Source: Candidatus Omnitrophota bacterium (lineage in GTDB: Bacteria > Omnitrophota > Omnitrophia > Omnitrophales > Aquincolibacteriaceae). Taken from it: a stretch of 64,000 nt of DNA. The notes under the pieces were generated by a model. That model saw nothing but the letters and a program-made list of their open reading frames with translations. It made no database searches and was not told the origin of the DNA. The stretch is taken from NCBI GenBank assembly GCA_903856085.1, contig CAIOAT010000042.1:4947-68946 (forward strand). Reading direction: 5' to 3'. The position numbers and the translations under genes were made by a program. Positions within the stretch are counted from its first letter, which is position 1. Each line of letters starts with the position of its first letter. Below are positions 18,640 through 32,272 of the stretch, in pieces.

Positions 18640-20057
18640 ATTTTGCAGCAATTCCTTTTGTGCTCCAGTTTATACTTGTCATCCGCATCATAGATCTTGG
18701 TCGGGTATTTCCCCGTAAAACAGGCTGCACAAAAATCCTTCGGGTCCTGCGTCGTCGAACCAAGCATCCCCTCAAGGCTCAGATACCCGAGCGTATCCAC
18801 ATTAAGGAACTTCGTGATCTCCTCGATGCTTTTATTGGCCGCCAAGAGTTCTTTCTTCGACGGAAAATCGATCCCATAAAAACAAGGAGAAACATGAGGC
18901 GGACAGCTAATCCGCATATGCACTTCCTTAGCGCCGGCACTCCTCAAAAGTTTCACGCGGTTCTTTGCCGTGTTCCCGCGCACGATCGAATCATCGACCA
19001 CGATCACGCGTTTGCCAGCCACGACCTGACGAATCGGATTCAGTTTGATCTTCACTTTGAGAATGCGCCCCGCTTCTGAAGGGCTAAGGAATGTTCGCCC
19101 GATATAATGGTTACGGATGAACCCATGGGAAAACGGTATCCCTGATTCCCTCGAATAGCCCAAGGCCGCAAAACTTCCGGAGTCCGGCACCGGGATCACG
19201 ATATCCGCGTCTACGGGATGCTCTTTGGCAAGCTGACACCCCAATTTTTCGCGCACAAGTCCCACGCTATCGTGGAAAATGTTCGAATCCGGCCGAGCGA
19301 AATAGACGTGCTCAAAAATGCACTGCGCTTTAGCGATCTTTTCATCCTTAAAAGGAAAATGGCTGCGAATCCCCTTACTGTCAATCACGACGACTTCGCC
19401 CGGCTCGATCTCGCGAACAAACTCCGCTTCGATCAGATCGAACGCGCAGGTCTCAGATGCGAGCACGTAGCTCTGCCCTAATTTCCCGAGGCAAAGAGGC
19501 CTAAACCCGTGCGGATCGCGAACTCCGAACAAATGATCTTCGGTCAGAAGAACCAGACTAAACGCACCTTTCGCACGCTTTGCCGCTTCGATAACACCCT
19601 CTTCGTGAGACCGATAGGACGGCTTGGCGATCATGTGGACAAAAACCTCGGAATCAATGGTGCTCCCGAAAATGGATCCGTAAGCCTCCAACTCCGCACG
19701 CAAGATCTGCGCGTTCACAAGATTTCCGTTATGCGCGATGGCAATCTGCCCGCGCGAATAATCAACTTTGTAAGGCTGCGCATTCAAAAGCGTCGAGGCC
19801 CCGGTCGTGGAGTAGCGAACATGGCCGATGGCATTTTTTCCGGGGAGCTGCGCAAACGAGGCTTCGTCAAACGCCTCCCCCACATGCCCCATTTTCTTGA
19901 CTAGATAAAGGTCGGAACTGTCGCTTGTGCAAATACCGGCCGCTTCTTCGCCTCGATGCTGAAGCGCAAAAAGCCCAAGCTGCGTGATCTGCGCCGCTTG
20001 AGGATGATTGTAGATACCGAAGATACCGCAATGGTGCTTGATATTTTCGCCACCCAT
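18636..20057 (-). CDS. purF: amidophosphoribosyltransferase
   Basis: CGIFG after a short propeptide, QHRG, DDSIVRG, Fe-S cysteines. Confidence 0.97.
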   Translation of the reverse strand: MGGENIKHHCGIFGIYNHPQAAQITQLGLFALQHRGEEAAGICTSDSSDLYLVKKMGHVGEAFDEASFAQLPGKNAIGHVRYSTTGASTLLNAQPYKVDYSRGQIAIAHNGNLVNAQILRAELEAYGSIFGSTIDSEVFVHMIAKPSYRSHEEGVIEAAKRAKGAFSLVLLTEDHLFGVRDPHGFRPLCLGKLGQSYVLASETCAFDLIEAEFVREIEPGEVVVIDSKGIRSHFPFKDEKIAKAQCIFEHVYFARPDSNIFHDSVGLVREKLGCQLAKEHPVDADIVIPVPDSGSFAALGYSRESGIPFSHGFIRNHYIGRTFLSPSEAGRILKVKIKLNPIRQVVAGKRVIVVDDSIVRGNTAKNRVKLLRSAGAKEVHMRISCPPHVSPCFYGIDFPSKKELLAANKSIEEITKFLNVDTLGYLSLEGMLGSTTQDPKDFCAACFTGKYPTKIYDADDKYKLEHKRNCCKI

Positions 20058-22324
20058 TATTGACGCTCCATAATGTTGGGAATCGTTTTTTCGAAAAGGT
20101 TTGTCATCTCCCGGATCGTCAAACGGACCCGGTCTTCTAAAATGAGCACATCCCCGCCCACCTTGCCTATTTCATAAAGTGCAACGCCCTGTTTCTGCGC
20201 CAAATTCCTGATATCTTTTTGATGCTCGGGCTTGACCGAAATCACCACACGCGACTGGCTTTCGCCAAAATAAAGAGCATCTGCACGAAGTCCCTTCTGG
20301 CTCTTCCGAACACCATCAAAATTTTTCATCTCTGCCCCTAGACCGTCACGACTTCTCAAGCAACATTCCGCAACTGCCACGGCAAGCCCTCCTTCAGAAA
20401 GGTCGTGGCAAGAAACTAGTTTTTTTCCGTCCGCGGCGGCAAGAATGAATTGATGCAGTGCTTTTTCCCGCGCGAGGTCAAGACGGGGTGGCAAGCCCTG
20501 CTTCAAGCCGTGTTCGATCATCAAATAATGGCTCCCGCCAAGTTCATTGAACGTTTCACCCGCGAGAAAAATAATATCCCCCTCATTCCGGAATGCCGAC
20601 GGAACACGCTTTTCGATATTTTCCAAAAGACCGACCATGCCGATCGTCGGCGTCGGATAGATGGCGCCTTGCGGGCTCTCGTTGTAAAAGCTAACATTCC
20701 CGCCCGTCACCGGGACCTCAAGTGCTTTGCAGGATTCGATGATGCCGGACACCGCGCTATGGAATTGCCAGAAGATCTCTGGCTTCATGGGATTGCCAAA
20801 ATTAAGGCAGTTCGTCACACCGATCGGCCGAGCACCGGAACAGACAACGTTGCGCGCCGCTTCCGCGACGGCGATCTTCCCGCCTTCGAGAGGATCAAGG
20901 AAAACATAAAGACTATTGCAATCGGTTGAAACCGCTATCCCCTTCTGTGTTCCCTTGATGCGGATAAGCGCCGCATCGTGCCCCGGATAAAAAACCGTGT
21001 CGGTACGGACCATGTGGTCGTACTGCTGCCAGACCCAAGCCTTGGAAGCGATGGAAGGATGTGCGAGCAATCGCTTGAGCACAGCACTGAAATCTTGGGG
21101 CTCGGAAACTGCGGCCAGATCCAGTTTCTGTGCTTCGACAAGATAGGCTGGTTTTTCTTCTTCGCGCGTATAGACCGGCCCGTCATCGGCCAGAGCCTTC
21201 GCCGGGATCTCCGCGGCCATTTTCCCACCATCGAGCACACGATATTTGTCACCCCGGGTCACTTCACCAATCTTCACGGCATGGAGATCCCATTTTTTAA
21301 AAATATCCTCAACTTCTTTTTCTTTTCCTTTTTTGACAATGACCAGCATGCGCTCCTGTGATTCTGAGAGCAAGGTTTCATACGGAGTCATTCCGGGCTC
21401 GCGACGCGGCACTTTGGCGAGGTCGATCTCGACCCCGGTGCTCGCGCGGGAAGCAGTTTCGCAACCGGCACAGGTCAGACCCGCAGCGCCCATATCCTGC
21501 ATCCCCACCAGCGCGTCGGTCTTGAGAAGCTCCAGGCACGCTTCCATCAAAAGTTTTTCCATGAAGGGATCCCCCACTTGCACGGCCGGACGATCCTCAT
21601 GACTTTGTTCCGAAAGTTCTTTGGAAGCGAATGCCGCACCGCCAAGTCCGTCACGGCCGGTCGTGGCCCCCACGTAATAAACCGGATTGCCGATGCCGTG
21701 CGCCGCGCCGCGCACGATCTCATCTTTTTTGATGATCCCAAGCGCCATCGCATTCACCAGAGGATTTCCTTCGTAGGATGCGTCAAAATAGATGTCGCCG
21801 CCGATCGTCGGAATACCCATGCAATTACCATAGTGTGCGATCCCGGCGACCACTCCGCGAAAAAGCCGCTGACTCACCGGCTGCGCGAGATCCCCGAACC
21901 GGAGAGAATTCATAAGAAGGATCGGCCGCGCACCCATCGTAAAAATATCCCGGAGAATACCGCCCACGCCCGTGGCGGCACCCTGGAATGGCTCGATCGC
22001 CGAAGGATGGTTATGACTTTCGATCTTGAAACACACCGCAAAACCGTCCCCGATATCCACGATGCCGGCATTCTCCTGCCCCGGCTTCACGAGCAAGTGC
22101 TCCTGACGCGGAAGTTCCGCATTCATTTTAGAAAAAAGTCTGAGGATGGACTTGGAATTCTTATAAGAGCAATGTTCACTCCACATCACACTGAACATTC
22201 CGAGTTCCGTGATATTGGGATCGCGTCCGAGAATATCCCGGATATGCTGATACTCTGCCGGGGTGATCCCGTGGGCCGCGATCAATTCCGAAGTGATGGG
22301 TGTAGTCGAATCCAATGCCGGCAT
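20057..22324 (-). CDS. purL: FGAM synthase subunit PurL (small type)
   Basis: [29 protein letters not shown]. Confidence 0.97.
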   Translation of the reverse strand: MPALDSTTPITSELIAAHGITPAEYQHIRDILGRDPNITELGMFSVMWSEHCSYKNSKSILRLFSKMNAELPRQEHLLVKPGQENAGIVDIGDGFAVCFKIESHNHPSAIEPFQGAATGVGGILRDIFTMGARPILLMNSLRFGDLAQPVSQRLFRGVVAGIAHYGNCMGIPTIGGDIYFDASYEGNPLVNAMALGIIKKDEIVRGAAHGIGNPVYYVGATTGRDGLGGAAFASKELSEQSHEDRPAVQVGDPFMEKLLMEACLELLKTDALVGMQDMGAAGLTCAGCETASRASTGVEIDLAKVPRREPGMTPYETLLSESQERMLVIVKKGKEKEVEDIFKKWDLHAVKIGEVTRGDKYRVLDGGKMAAEIPAKALADDGPVYTREEEKPAYLVEAQKLDLAAVSEPQDFSAVLKRLLAHPSIASKAWVWQQYDHMVRTDTVFYPGHDAALIRIKGTQKGIAVSTDCNSLYVFLDPLEGGKIAVAEAARNVVCSGARPIGVTNCLNFGNPMKPEIFWQFHSAVSGIIESCKALEVPVTGGNVSFYNESPQGAIYPTPTIGMVGLLENIEKRVPSAFRNEGDIIFLAGETFNELGGSHYLMIEHGLKQGLPPRLDLAREKALHQFILAAADGKKLVSCHDLSEGGLAVAVAECCLRSRDGLGAEMKNFDGVRKSQKGLRADALYFGESQSRVVISVKPEHQKDIRNLAQKQGVALYEIGKVGGDVLILEDRVRLTIREMTNLFEKTIPNIMERQ

Positions 22325-22327
22325 ATT

Positions 22328-23017
22328 TTATTCCAGTGCGTTTAAAATGCTTTCGAAGATCTTGCGTCCGTCCGAAGAACCGAGGATATCCTCACTCGAC
22401 CGCTCCGGATGCGGCATCATACCCAAGACATTCTTCTTCTTGTTTACGATGCCCGCGATATGGTCCTTGGAACCGTTCGGATTAAACTCGTCCGCGAGCT
22501 TTCCTTCTTCAGACGAATAACGAAATACAACCTGGGAGTGGTCATGCAAAGATTTCAGCGTATCATCATCACAATAATAATTCCCTTCGCCATGTGCGAT
22601 AGGGACACAAAGCGTCTCTCCCGGATCCATCTGACCGGTGAAGATCGTCAGATTCTCTTCTGTGCGGATCCAAGTAGACTTGCAAATAAATTCCAGTGTC
22701 TTATTCCTGAGCATCGCGCCCGGCAAAAGCCCGGCTTCCAGAAGAATCTGAAATCCGTTGCAAATCCCGATCACCGTACGGCCATCGTTGGCGTGTTTGA
22801 TCACGGATGCCATGACCGGCGAAAAACGCGCAATAGCTCCCGTTCTAAGATAATCCCCGTAACTGAACCCGCCTGGGATCACCACCAGATCAACCTTAGG
22901 AAGATTTCGTTCCTTGTGCCAAACGTATTCCACCGGCACTTTGACGACGTCTTTAAGGGCGTGAAAACAATCCGTGTCGCAATTCGAACCCGGAAACACA
23001 ATAACCGCGGCTTTCAT
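22328..23017 (-). CDS. purQ: FGAM synthase glutaminase subunit PurQ
   Basis: [30 protein letters not shown]. Confidence 0.97.
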   Translation of the reverse strand: MKAAVIVFPGSNCDTDCFHALKDVVKVPVEYVWHKERNLPKVDLVVIPGGFSYGDYLRTGAIARFSPVMASVIKHANDGRTVIGICNGFQILLEAGLLPGAMLRNKTLEFICKSTWIRTEENLTIFTGQMDPGETLCVPIAHGEGNYYCDDDTLKSLHDHSQVVFRYSSEEGKLADEFNPNGSKDHIAGIVNKKKNVLGMMPHPERSSEDILGSSDGRKIFESILNALE

Positions 23018-23154
23018 GAACTTCCTCTTCAGAGAACGTTGACCGGGAAACACAGAACGTCAAAAATCTTTCGTTCCCCGCTCCACGCTTCCCGGTATTT
23101 TAATTAGGATGGCAACTTTAGTTTTTTATGATCAGAATGAACAAAGTAACAAAG

Positions 23155-23409
23155 CTAAGACACTTCCTGAATTTCGAACGAATATTCTTCGATTACAGGA
23201 TTATGAAGCAGTTTATCACACATGACGTGAATGCATTCTTCCGCCTTCGCACGATCATCCGCTTCCAGTGCCAGCTCGAAATACTTCCCGATTCTCAGAC
23301 TCTTTGCTTCCTTGAACCCCATCGACTCAAGCGCATGAAGTGTCGTCTGCCCCTGCGGATCCAAGACCGATTTTTTCAAACTTGTATGAATTGTCGCTTT
23401 AAATTTCAT
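23155..23409 (-). CDS. purS: FGAM synthase subunit PurS
   Basis: VLDPQG, RIGKYFEL, LL.NPVIE. Confidence 0.95.
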   Translation of the reverse strand: MKFKATIHTSLKKSVLDPQGQTTLHALESMGFKEAKSLRIGKYFELALEADDRAKAEECIHVMCDKLLHNPVIEEYSFEIQEVS

Positions 23410-23417
23410 ATTCTCTC

Positions 23418-24344
23418 CTACTTCTGGCTTCGGATATCTTTCCCGGATAAACGTTGATAGATTTCACAATAGGCCTCGGTGGTTTTTTCAATGATATCGC
23501 CCGGAAGTTCCGGCGCAGGCGGACGCTTGTCCCACGCGAGTGTCTCAAGATAATTCCGCACGATCTGTTTATCGAAACTCGGCTGATCATGACCGGTCTC
23601 ATACCGGTCCGCCGGCCAGAAACGCGAACTGTCCGGCGTCAGGATCTCGTCAATCAACATCATCTTCCCGTCATGGATGCCGAATTCGAATTTTGTATCC
23701 GCGATGATGATCCCGCGTGAGGCCGCGTATTCCTGGCCCTTTTTGTAAAGAAGGATGGACAGTTCCTTCGCCTGCTGGGCGATGTCCTTCCCCACAATCC
23801 GGATCGCTTCGCTAAAATCGATGTTGATATCATGCCCAGTCTTCGCCTTCGTGGACGGCGTAAAGATCGGCTCCGGAAATTTCTGGCACTGTTTCATCCC
23901 GGGCAAAAGCGTGTGCCCGCAGACACCTCCAGTCTTAAGATAATCCTTCCAACCCGAACCGGTGATGTAACCTCGCACCACGCATTCGATCGCAAGCGGC
24001 TCGGCACGTTTCACAAGCACCGAACGTCCCATCAGTTCATGACGAAAGTTAGCGACCAATTCCTTCGGTAAACCCATCGCATCCACATCCGCGGTGATCA
24101 AATGCTGCGGAAGAATATCCTTAAAATGCTCGAGCCAGAAAAGGGTGATCTGATTGAGGACTTTCCCCTTCATCGGGATCGGGTCCGGCAGCACCACGTC
24201 AAAAGCACTGAGCCGATCGGTCGTCACGATCAAAAGTTTATCGGCGCCCACGCCATAGATGTCTCTCACCTTACCGACCGCAACGCGCGGTAGCGGCAGA
24301 TGCGTTTCCAGAATCGCATCATTTCGATCAAGATCACTGACCAT
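23418..24344 (-). CDS. purC: SAICAR synthase
   Basis: GKVRDIY, TDRLSAFD, ADTKFEFG, TPDSSRFW. Confidence 0.97.
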   Translation of the reverse strand: MVSDLDRNDAILETHLPLPRVAVGKVRDIYGVGADKLLIVTTDRLSAFDVVLPDPIPMKGKVLNQITLFWLEHFKDILPQHLITADVDAMGLPKELVANFRHELMGRSVLVKRAEPLAIECVVRGYITGSGWKDYLKTGGVCGHTLLPGMKQCQKFPEPIFTPSTKAKTGHDINIDFSEAIRIVGKDIAQQAKELSILLYKKGQEYAASRGIIIADTKFEFGIHDGKMMLIDEILTPDSSRFWPADRYETGHDQPSFDKQIVRNYLETLAWDKRPPAPELPGDIIEKTTEAYCEIYQRLSGKDIRSQK

Positions 24345-24355
24345 GTTTTTCTTCC

Positions 24356-25666
24356 TTATTTTGGAGATGACAGGATCCCCGTGCGTTTCAGAATGACCGA
24401 CACATTCTTCAGGTGTCTGTCATAGCTGAAGACCGCGCGTATCTCTTGGGGCGTCAGGACTTTCAAGATCTTCTCGTCTTTTAAAACGACTTGCTCCAAA
24501 TAAAGCTTTTCATCTTCCCAAAGCTTCTTGGCCGCATCCTGCACAAGCTTGTAGCCATCTTCGCGCGTCAGACCCTTTTTGACGAGTTCGAGAAGCAGGC
24601 TTTGGGAGAACACCATCCCTCGGCTCGACTCCAGATTCTTGAGCATCCGGTCTTTATTGACCACAAGGTTCTCGATTACGTTCTGCATAAGCCCGAGCAT
24701 ATAATCAAGGAGAATCGTGCTATCAGGGAAAATGACGCGCTCCACGGAGGAATGCGTGATGTCCCGCTCATGCCAGAGAGCGATATTCTCAAAACCCGCA
24801 AGCGCATTTCCACGAAGGATGCGAGAAAGTCCCGCCACGCGTTCGCACGTGATCGGATTGCGCTTGTGTGGCATGGCCGAAGAACCTTTTTGCCCTTTTG
24901 AAAAAAATTCCTGGACTTCAAAAGTCTCGGTCTTCTGAAGACCGCGAATCTCGGTCGCGAGTTGCTCAAGCGTTCCCCCGACGATCGCGATCACTCCGAG
25001 ATATTCCGCGTGACGGTCACGCTGAAGGACCTGTGTGGAGACCGGCGCCGGGTTCAATCCAAGCTTTTTACAAACAAATTCCTCGACCTTGGGATCCACA
25101 TTCGCAAAAGTCCCGACCGCGCCGGAAATCTTGCCATAGCGGAGATTTTCTTTGGCCGCTTCAAAACGCACGAGCCCGCGCGTACATGCGGCATGAAAAA
25201 GCGCCATCTTGAGCCCAAACGTGATGGGTTCGGCATGAACCCCGTGCGAGCGGCCCACCATCAGAGTCTGAGCATGTTCTTTAGCTTTTTTGCCGAGCAG
25301 GAAAATAAGTTTTTTCAGTTCACGGATAAGAATATCCGAGGCTTCCTGAACCTGAAGCGAAAGCCCGGTATCCAGAATATCGGAGGAGGTCAGACCAAAG
25401 TGGACATAGCGGCCCACAGGACCGACGTTCTCGGAAAGATTGGTAAGAAAGGCAATGACGTCGTGATTGACGATCTTTTCGATCTCTTTAACGCGCTCCA
25501 CGTCGAATTTCGCCCGGGAACGGACTCTGGCGGGAACATCTTTTGGAATGTAGCCGTAACGTGCAAGCCCCTCCAGCGCGGCCAGTTCCACCTCAAGCCA
25601 CTTTTGAAGCTTGTTCTCTTCAGTCCATATCTTCGCCATTTCCTGGCGCGTATAACGAGAGATCAT
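24356..25666 (-). CDS. purB: adenylosuccinate lyase
   Basis: HDVIAF, GSSAMPHKRNP, HERDITHSS. Confidence 0.97.
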   Translation of the reverse strand: MISRYTRQEMAKIWTEENKLQKWLEVELAALEGLARYGYIPKDVPARVRSRAKFDVERVKEIEKIVNHDVIAFLTNLSENVGPVGRYVHFGLTSSDILDTGLSLQVQEASDILIRELKKLIFLLGKKAKEHAQTLMVGRSHGVHAEPITFGLKMALFHAACTRGLVRFEAAKENLRYGKISGAVGTFANVDPKVEEFVCKKLGLNPAPVSTQVLQRDRHAEYLGVIAIVGGTLEQLATEIRGLQKTETFEVQEFFSKGQKGSSAMPHKRNPITCERVAGLSRILRGNALAGFENIALWHERDITHSSVERVIFPDSTILLDYMLGLMQNVIENLVVNKDRMLKNLESSRGMVFSQSLLLELVKKGLTREDGYKLVQDAAKKLWEDEKLYLEQVVLKDEKILKVLTPQEIRAVFSYDRHLKNVSVILKRTGILSSPK

Positions 25667-25698
25667 CTTGTATCCGCCTTCCTTATGGCTAAAACCAC

Positions 25699-25776
25699 TG
25701 GTAGCGCTAACGGGATTTAAACCCGTGTTTCTGCCTTGAGAGGGCAGCGTCCTAGATCAGGCTAGACGATAGCGCC
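25699..25776 (-). tRNA. tRNA-Glu(CTC)
   Basis: GGCGCTA...TAGCGCT-A-CCA; anticodon arm CTGCC-CTCTCAA-GGCAG; atypical T-loop TTTAAAT. Confidence 0.93.
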
Positions 25777-25886
25777 CTGATGGATCTATTAATTTTCCCA
25801 ATGGTCCATTAGGGCTGCACTGGTTTCCCAATTCATTTCTTGATGGAAAGCCAGGCGGGGAGAATGAAACGTCTAAGAACAAACTC

Positions 25887-25915
25887 AGTATAACTTTGCC
25901 CCTATAGAATGTCAA
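25887..25915 (-). promoter_or_regulatory. strong sigma70-type promoter for tRNA-Glu and probably the pur operon
   Basis: TTGACA-N17-TATACT. Confidence 0.8.
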
Positions 25916-25985
25916 CGCCCACCAGCCCCAACTTCATTGAAATTGAATAAAAGCCGGAGCCTTCGAATGACTTGGAAGACTCCCT

Positions 25986-26264
25986 TTAAAATTTTCTATC
26001 TACTTTATCCTTCAAGTCATAGACGGATTTTTCAAGCATCTTCACGCGTTCCGACATGAACCGGTTCGCCTGCTCCAAATCCGCGACGCGGCGTTCCAAA
26101 GTATCCGCCCGATCCTGCTTGAGGGTCTTCTCCATATCGGAGAATTCCTCCGGAGTCCCGCTCATCCCTGTTGCCGCGGCCTCACTCTCCTCTGCCCAGC
26201 AGACAGGCAGAGCGATTGAAAGAAACAACATTCCCAAAATTGAAACTGCCACGAGTTTTTTCAT
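25986..26264 (-). CDS. small secreted coiled-coil hypothetical protein
   Basis: Signal peptide (..PVCWA-EE), heptad C-terminus, RBS GAGGTG. Confidence 0.7.
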   Translation of the reverse strand: MKKLVAVSILGMLFLSIALPVCWAEESEAAATGMSGTPEEFSDMEKTLKQDRADTLERRVADLEQANRFMSERVKMLEKSVYDLKDKVDRKF

Positions 26265-26401
26265 AGGAGTCACCTCGGTCGGGAGTATACCATATCTTCG
26301 GAGAACGCAAAACGGGAAACGCTACATGTAGTACAGCCTAAGTCGCACTGTGTACGGCAGCACAAGCCACAGGATTAAATCATTTTTTTATGCCGTACGC
26401 C

Positions 26402-27346
26402 TTACCCTCTGGGGTGGAATTTCGCGTGGACGGACTTGAGGCGATTCCCGGACACATGCGTGTAGATCTGTGTCGTGGAAATATCGGCGTGGCCGAGGAG
26501 TTCCTGCACGACACGCAGATCCGCGCCGCGTTCTAGGAGATGAGTCGCGAAAGAATGACGAAAGGTGTGAGGCGTGATGGTTTTGGTGATACCGGCAAGG
26601 AGCGCGTATTTCTTGATCATTTGCCAAACGTATTGACGTGTCAGCCCTCCTCCATTCCTTCCGAGAAAAAAATGATTCGTCTTGGGCTTCATCTTGGGCC
26701 GGATACGCGTCAAATAGTCCCGGCAGGCTGTGACCGCCACACCGCCGAGCGGCACAAGCCGTTCCTTATCCCCCTTACCGCGACACTTGATGAATTTATT
26801 ATCCAAATATACATGCTCCACGCTAATCTCCGTGATCTCGGAAACCCGCATTCCCGTCGCATAAAGGCACTCCAAAAGCGCCAGGTCGCGTATCCCCCCG
26901 GGCTTTTTACCGTCCGGCATCTTGAGAAGAGAATCCATCTCCTGCGAGGTCAAAAAATGCGGCAACTTTTTCCAAAGCTTCGGCGACTCCAGAACACTGG
27001 TAATATCGTTTTGGACATACCGCTCTTTGGTGAGAAAACGATGGAAAAGCTTGACCGAGACAAGCCCTCGCGCGATCGAGGAAGATTCGAGCCCCCGTTT
27101 ACTTTCCGCGTTCAGATATTTCAGGATATGCGTCCGTGAGACTTTGCTCCAATCCAAGACCTTTTCTTTTTTGAGGAACGTGTCATAGCGCGTAAGATCC
27201 TGACGGTAGGCATCGAGAGTGTTCTGCGCCAGCCCCTTTTCGACGGAAAGATAATTCAGGAACTCTTCAAAGAGGATCCGGCTCTTGTCCTTGGGTTTTT
27301 CCGGAGTGGTCGGCGGTGTTTCCATGGTTAGATTATCGGCCATCAC
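26402..27346 (-). CDS. xerD: site-specific tyrosine recombinase XerD
   Basis: LYATGMRVSE, GKGDKERLVP, HTFRHSFATHLL, LGHADISTTQIYTHV, HPRG end. Confidence 0.92.
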   Translation of the reverse strand: MMADNLTMETPPTTPEKPKDKSRILFEEFLNYLSVEKGLAQNTLDAYRQDLTRYDTFLKKEKVLDWSKVSRTHILKYLNAESKRGLESSSIARGLVSVKLFHRFLTKERYVQNDITSVLESPKLWKKLPHFLTSQEMDSLLKMPDGKKPGGIRDLALLECLYATGMRVSEITEISVEHVYLDNKFIKCRGKGDKERLVPLGGVAVTACRDYLTRIRPKMKPKTNHFFLGRNGGGLTRQYVWQMIKKYALLAGITKTITPHTFRHSFATHLLERGADLRVVQELLGHADISTTQIYTHVSGNRLKSVHAKFHPRG

Positions 27347-27401
27347 GATGCGGGACTAGAGATTGGGAGCCCTTGGGCGACCCTCCGGTTCGTCTAAAAA
27401 T

Positions 27402-28127
27402 CTATTTATGGCCGATCTTTGCGAGCTCTTTTTTGAAATACATCTCGGCGCTCTTGATGTACTGAGCTTCCGGAATGATCGGTTTTCCCAGCTCTTCCTG
27501 TAATTCGGCGGAGATCTTTCCATGCTTCACAACCTCCCCGCCCGCCTTTCGCAGTAAGGATTTGTAATGCCGGAGCGGAAACCACAACATAAAAGATTTC
27601 TCCGAAAGGATCGCCCCGCCGCCACGGTAGATCTCGGCAATAAGTTCCGTGCTCATATTCCGGGCAATGCGTTTGAAGAGCAGTTTCAGAACCTGAAAGT
27701 GACTTTGTTCCGGAAAGCCACAGTTCGAGATCACCATGATCTTCGGGACTTTCGACGTGATCTTGTGCCGGCATTCGCCTCCTGCATCCTTTTCAAAGTA
27801 AGGATCTGCGACCGGGATCATCCTGTCCATGAAATTCTTCGTGATCCCTGACACGTTATCCACATAAACCGGTGTCGCAAAAACCACGATGTCAGAAGCG
27901 TACATTATGGGAAGCAACTCCGCCATGTCATCCTGAATGGCGCACTTGCCGGGTGTCTTGAGCCAACAGGTATAGCATCCCACACAGGGATGGATCTTTT
28001 TGTGCGTAAGAAAGACGGTTTCCGCCTCCGCACCCGAGGCCCGTGCTCCTTCCAGGAACGCCTCCACCATGATGTTCGTATTTCCCTTTTCCGCCCGCGG
28101 ACTTCCGTTAAATACTGTGATTTTCAT
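27402..28127 (-). CDS. flavodoxin-like iron-sulfur flavoprotein / NAD(P)H-dependent FMN reductase
   Basis: NGSPR..GNT, CxxCxxC..C cluster (CVGCYTCW...C), ATPVY. Confidence 0.85.
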   Translation of the reverse strand: MKITVFNGSPRAEKGNTNIMVEAFLEGARASGAEAETVFLTHKKIHPCVGCYTCWLKTPGKCAIQDDMAELLPIMYASDIVVFATPVYVDNVSGITKNFMDRMIPVADPYFEKDAGGECRHKITSKVPKIMVISNCGFPEQSHFQVLKLLFKRIARNMSTELIAEIYRGGGAILSEKSFMLWFPLRHYKSLLRKAGGEVVKHGKISAELQEELGKPIIPEAQYIKSAEMYFKKELAKIGHK

Positions 28128-28705
28128 AAAGATCCGCAAGAAGCTGCGGAGATCCTCTTAATCATCCGTGCCGGATTTCCGGCGACAACAACGCGTGCCG
28201 GGACATCTTTCGTCACAACCGCACCAGCACCAATGACACTTCCTTCTCCAATCGTCACACCAGGGCAGAGGACTGCCGAACCTCCGATCCAAACATTATT
28301 CTGAATCGTAATGGGTTCCCCCGATTCAAGACCCTGGTTCCTCTCTTCAGCATGCAAGGGATGGGTTGCTGTGTAGATTTGAACATTCGGCCCCAGAAAA
28401 ATGTTGGAGCCTAACGTCACCCTAGCAACATCGAGGATCGTGCAGCCGAAATTCAGATAAACGTTATCACCCAAAAAGATATTCTTCCCATAATCGCAAT
28501 GGAAGGGCGGCTGAAGCCAGAGGTTCTTCCCCACCTGACCGAACAATTCAGCGCAAAGACTAAGGCGCATGTCCAAACCCCTCAGCTCAGCCGTCGTGAC
28601 ATTGATCCTGTCGGCCAACTCTCGCGCGGTCTTCCTCATCTGCATCAATTCGGAATCCAGCGCGTTATAAAGTTCCCCCGCAACCATCTTTTCGTATTCA
28701 CGCAT
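28124..28705 (-). CDS. maa: maltose/sugar O-acetyltransferase
   Basis: KMVAGELY, PFHCDYG, hexapeptide repeats, VVAGNPAR. Confidence 0.88.
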   Translation of the reverse strand: MREYEKMVAGELYNALDSELMQMRKTARELADRINVTTAELRGLDMRLSLCAELFGQVGKNLWLQPPFHCDYGKNIFLGDNVYLNFGCTILDVARVTLGSNIFLGPNVQIYTATHPLHAEERNQGLESGEPITIQNNVWIGGSAVLCPGVTIGEGSVIGAGAVVTKDVPARVVVAGNPARMIKRISAASCGSL

Positions 28706-28718
28706 CGTAGACCACCCT

Positions 28719-31458
<2,740 letters not shown>

Positions 31459-31462
<4 letters not shown>

Positions 31463-31737
31463 TAGCTGATGGAAAACCGGTTAAAACAATTTTCGGATTC
31501 CGACCAGTGGGCTTCCGCATCGCGGATATAATCCTTCATGCCGGACTCGCGGAGGGCCGTCAGAAACTCGACAAGCTTCGCCTCGCTCCCTTCGGCGACC
31601 ACCTCCACGCGGCCGTCCTCAAGATTACGGACAAATCCCGTCACCGGAAAGCGCCGGGCAAGCCGCTCGGCCGTAAAACGAAAACCCACGCCCTGCACTG
31701 TTCCGCTAAAAAAAATCTGCATTCGTTTCTCGCTCAT
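31459..31737 (-). CDS. acyP: acylphosphatase
   Basis: GTVQGVGFR, GFVRNLEDGRVEV. Confidence 0.93.
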
Positions 31738-32270
31738 GACACTGCCGCTTTCGTTTTGAGACAGTGGCGGAAATGATACGCGACCACGCCAAACGCGACG
31801 GCCACGTTCAGGGAATTTTTCAACCCCGCCATTTCGATCTCGAGGGTCTTGTCGCAAAGAGAGATCAGCTCCTCGGAAACTCCGGAGACTTCGTTCCCGA
31901 TCACCAGACACACGGGCTGAGCAGGCCGGAAATCCTGGAAAGGAATACTTTCAGCAAGTTGCTCGAGGAAAACGATCTGATAACCCAGGGTTTTAAGTTC
32001 CCGTAACACCTCGCGGGCATCCATGCGATATTCCCAGGGAACTTTTTTCTCGGCACCAAGGGCGGTCTTGGAGATCTGTGTATCAGGAGGATAACCGGTA
32101 ATCCCGCAGATCCAAAGTTTTTCAACCCCCACGCCATCCGCGGTCCTGAAGATGGAACCGACATTGTAGAGACTTCGAATATTGTTGAGAACCACGCAGA
32201 ATGGGAGCTTTGGATCTTCTTGTCGCTCTTGCTGGCGAGCCACAAGTTCCGGATGGCTTAATTTTCTCAC
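31734..32270 (-). CDS. SpoU/TrmH-family RNA methyltransferase
   Basis: NIRSLYNVGSIFRT, GNEVSG, SLNVAVA. Confidence 0.88.
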   Translation of the reverse strand: MRKLSHPELVARQQERQEDPKLPFCVVLNNIRSLYNVGSIFRTADGVGVEKLWICGITGYPPDTQISKTALGAEKKVPWEYRMDAREVLRELKTLGYQIVFLEQLAESIPFQDFRPAQPVCLVIGNEVSGVSEELISLCDKTLEIEMAGLKNSLNVAVAFGVVAYHFRHCLKTKAAVS

Positions 32271-32272
32271 AG

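Noticed and set aside
15843-25666. purK, purN and purH missing from the pur cluster
   Set aside because: Dispersed pur genes are common, and absence cannot be judged from one window.
25699-27346. Tyrosine recombinase near a tRNA suggesting an integrated element
   Set aside because: The protein has the chromosomal XerD signature, no duplicated tRNA 3' end (att site) is visible, and the flanking genes are housekeeping.
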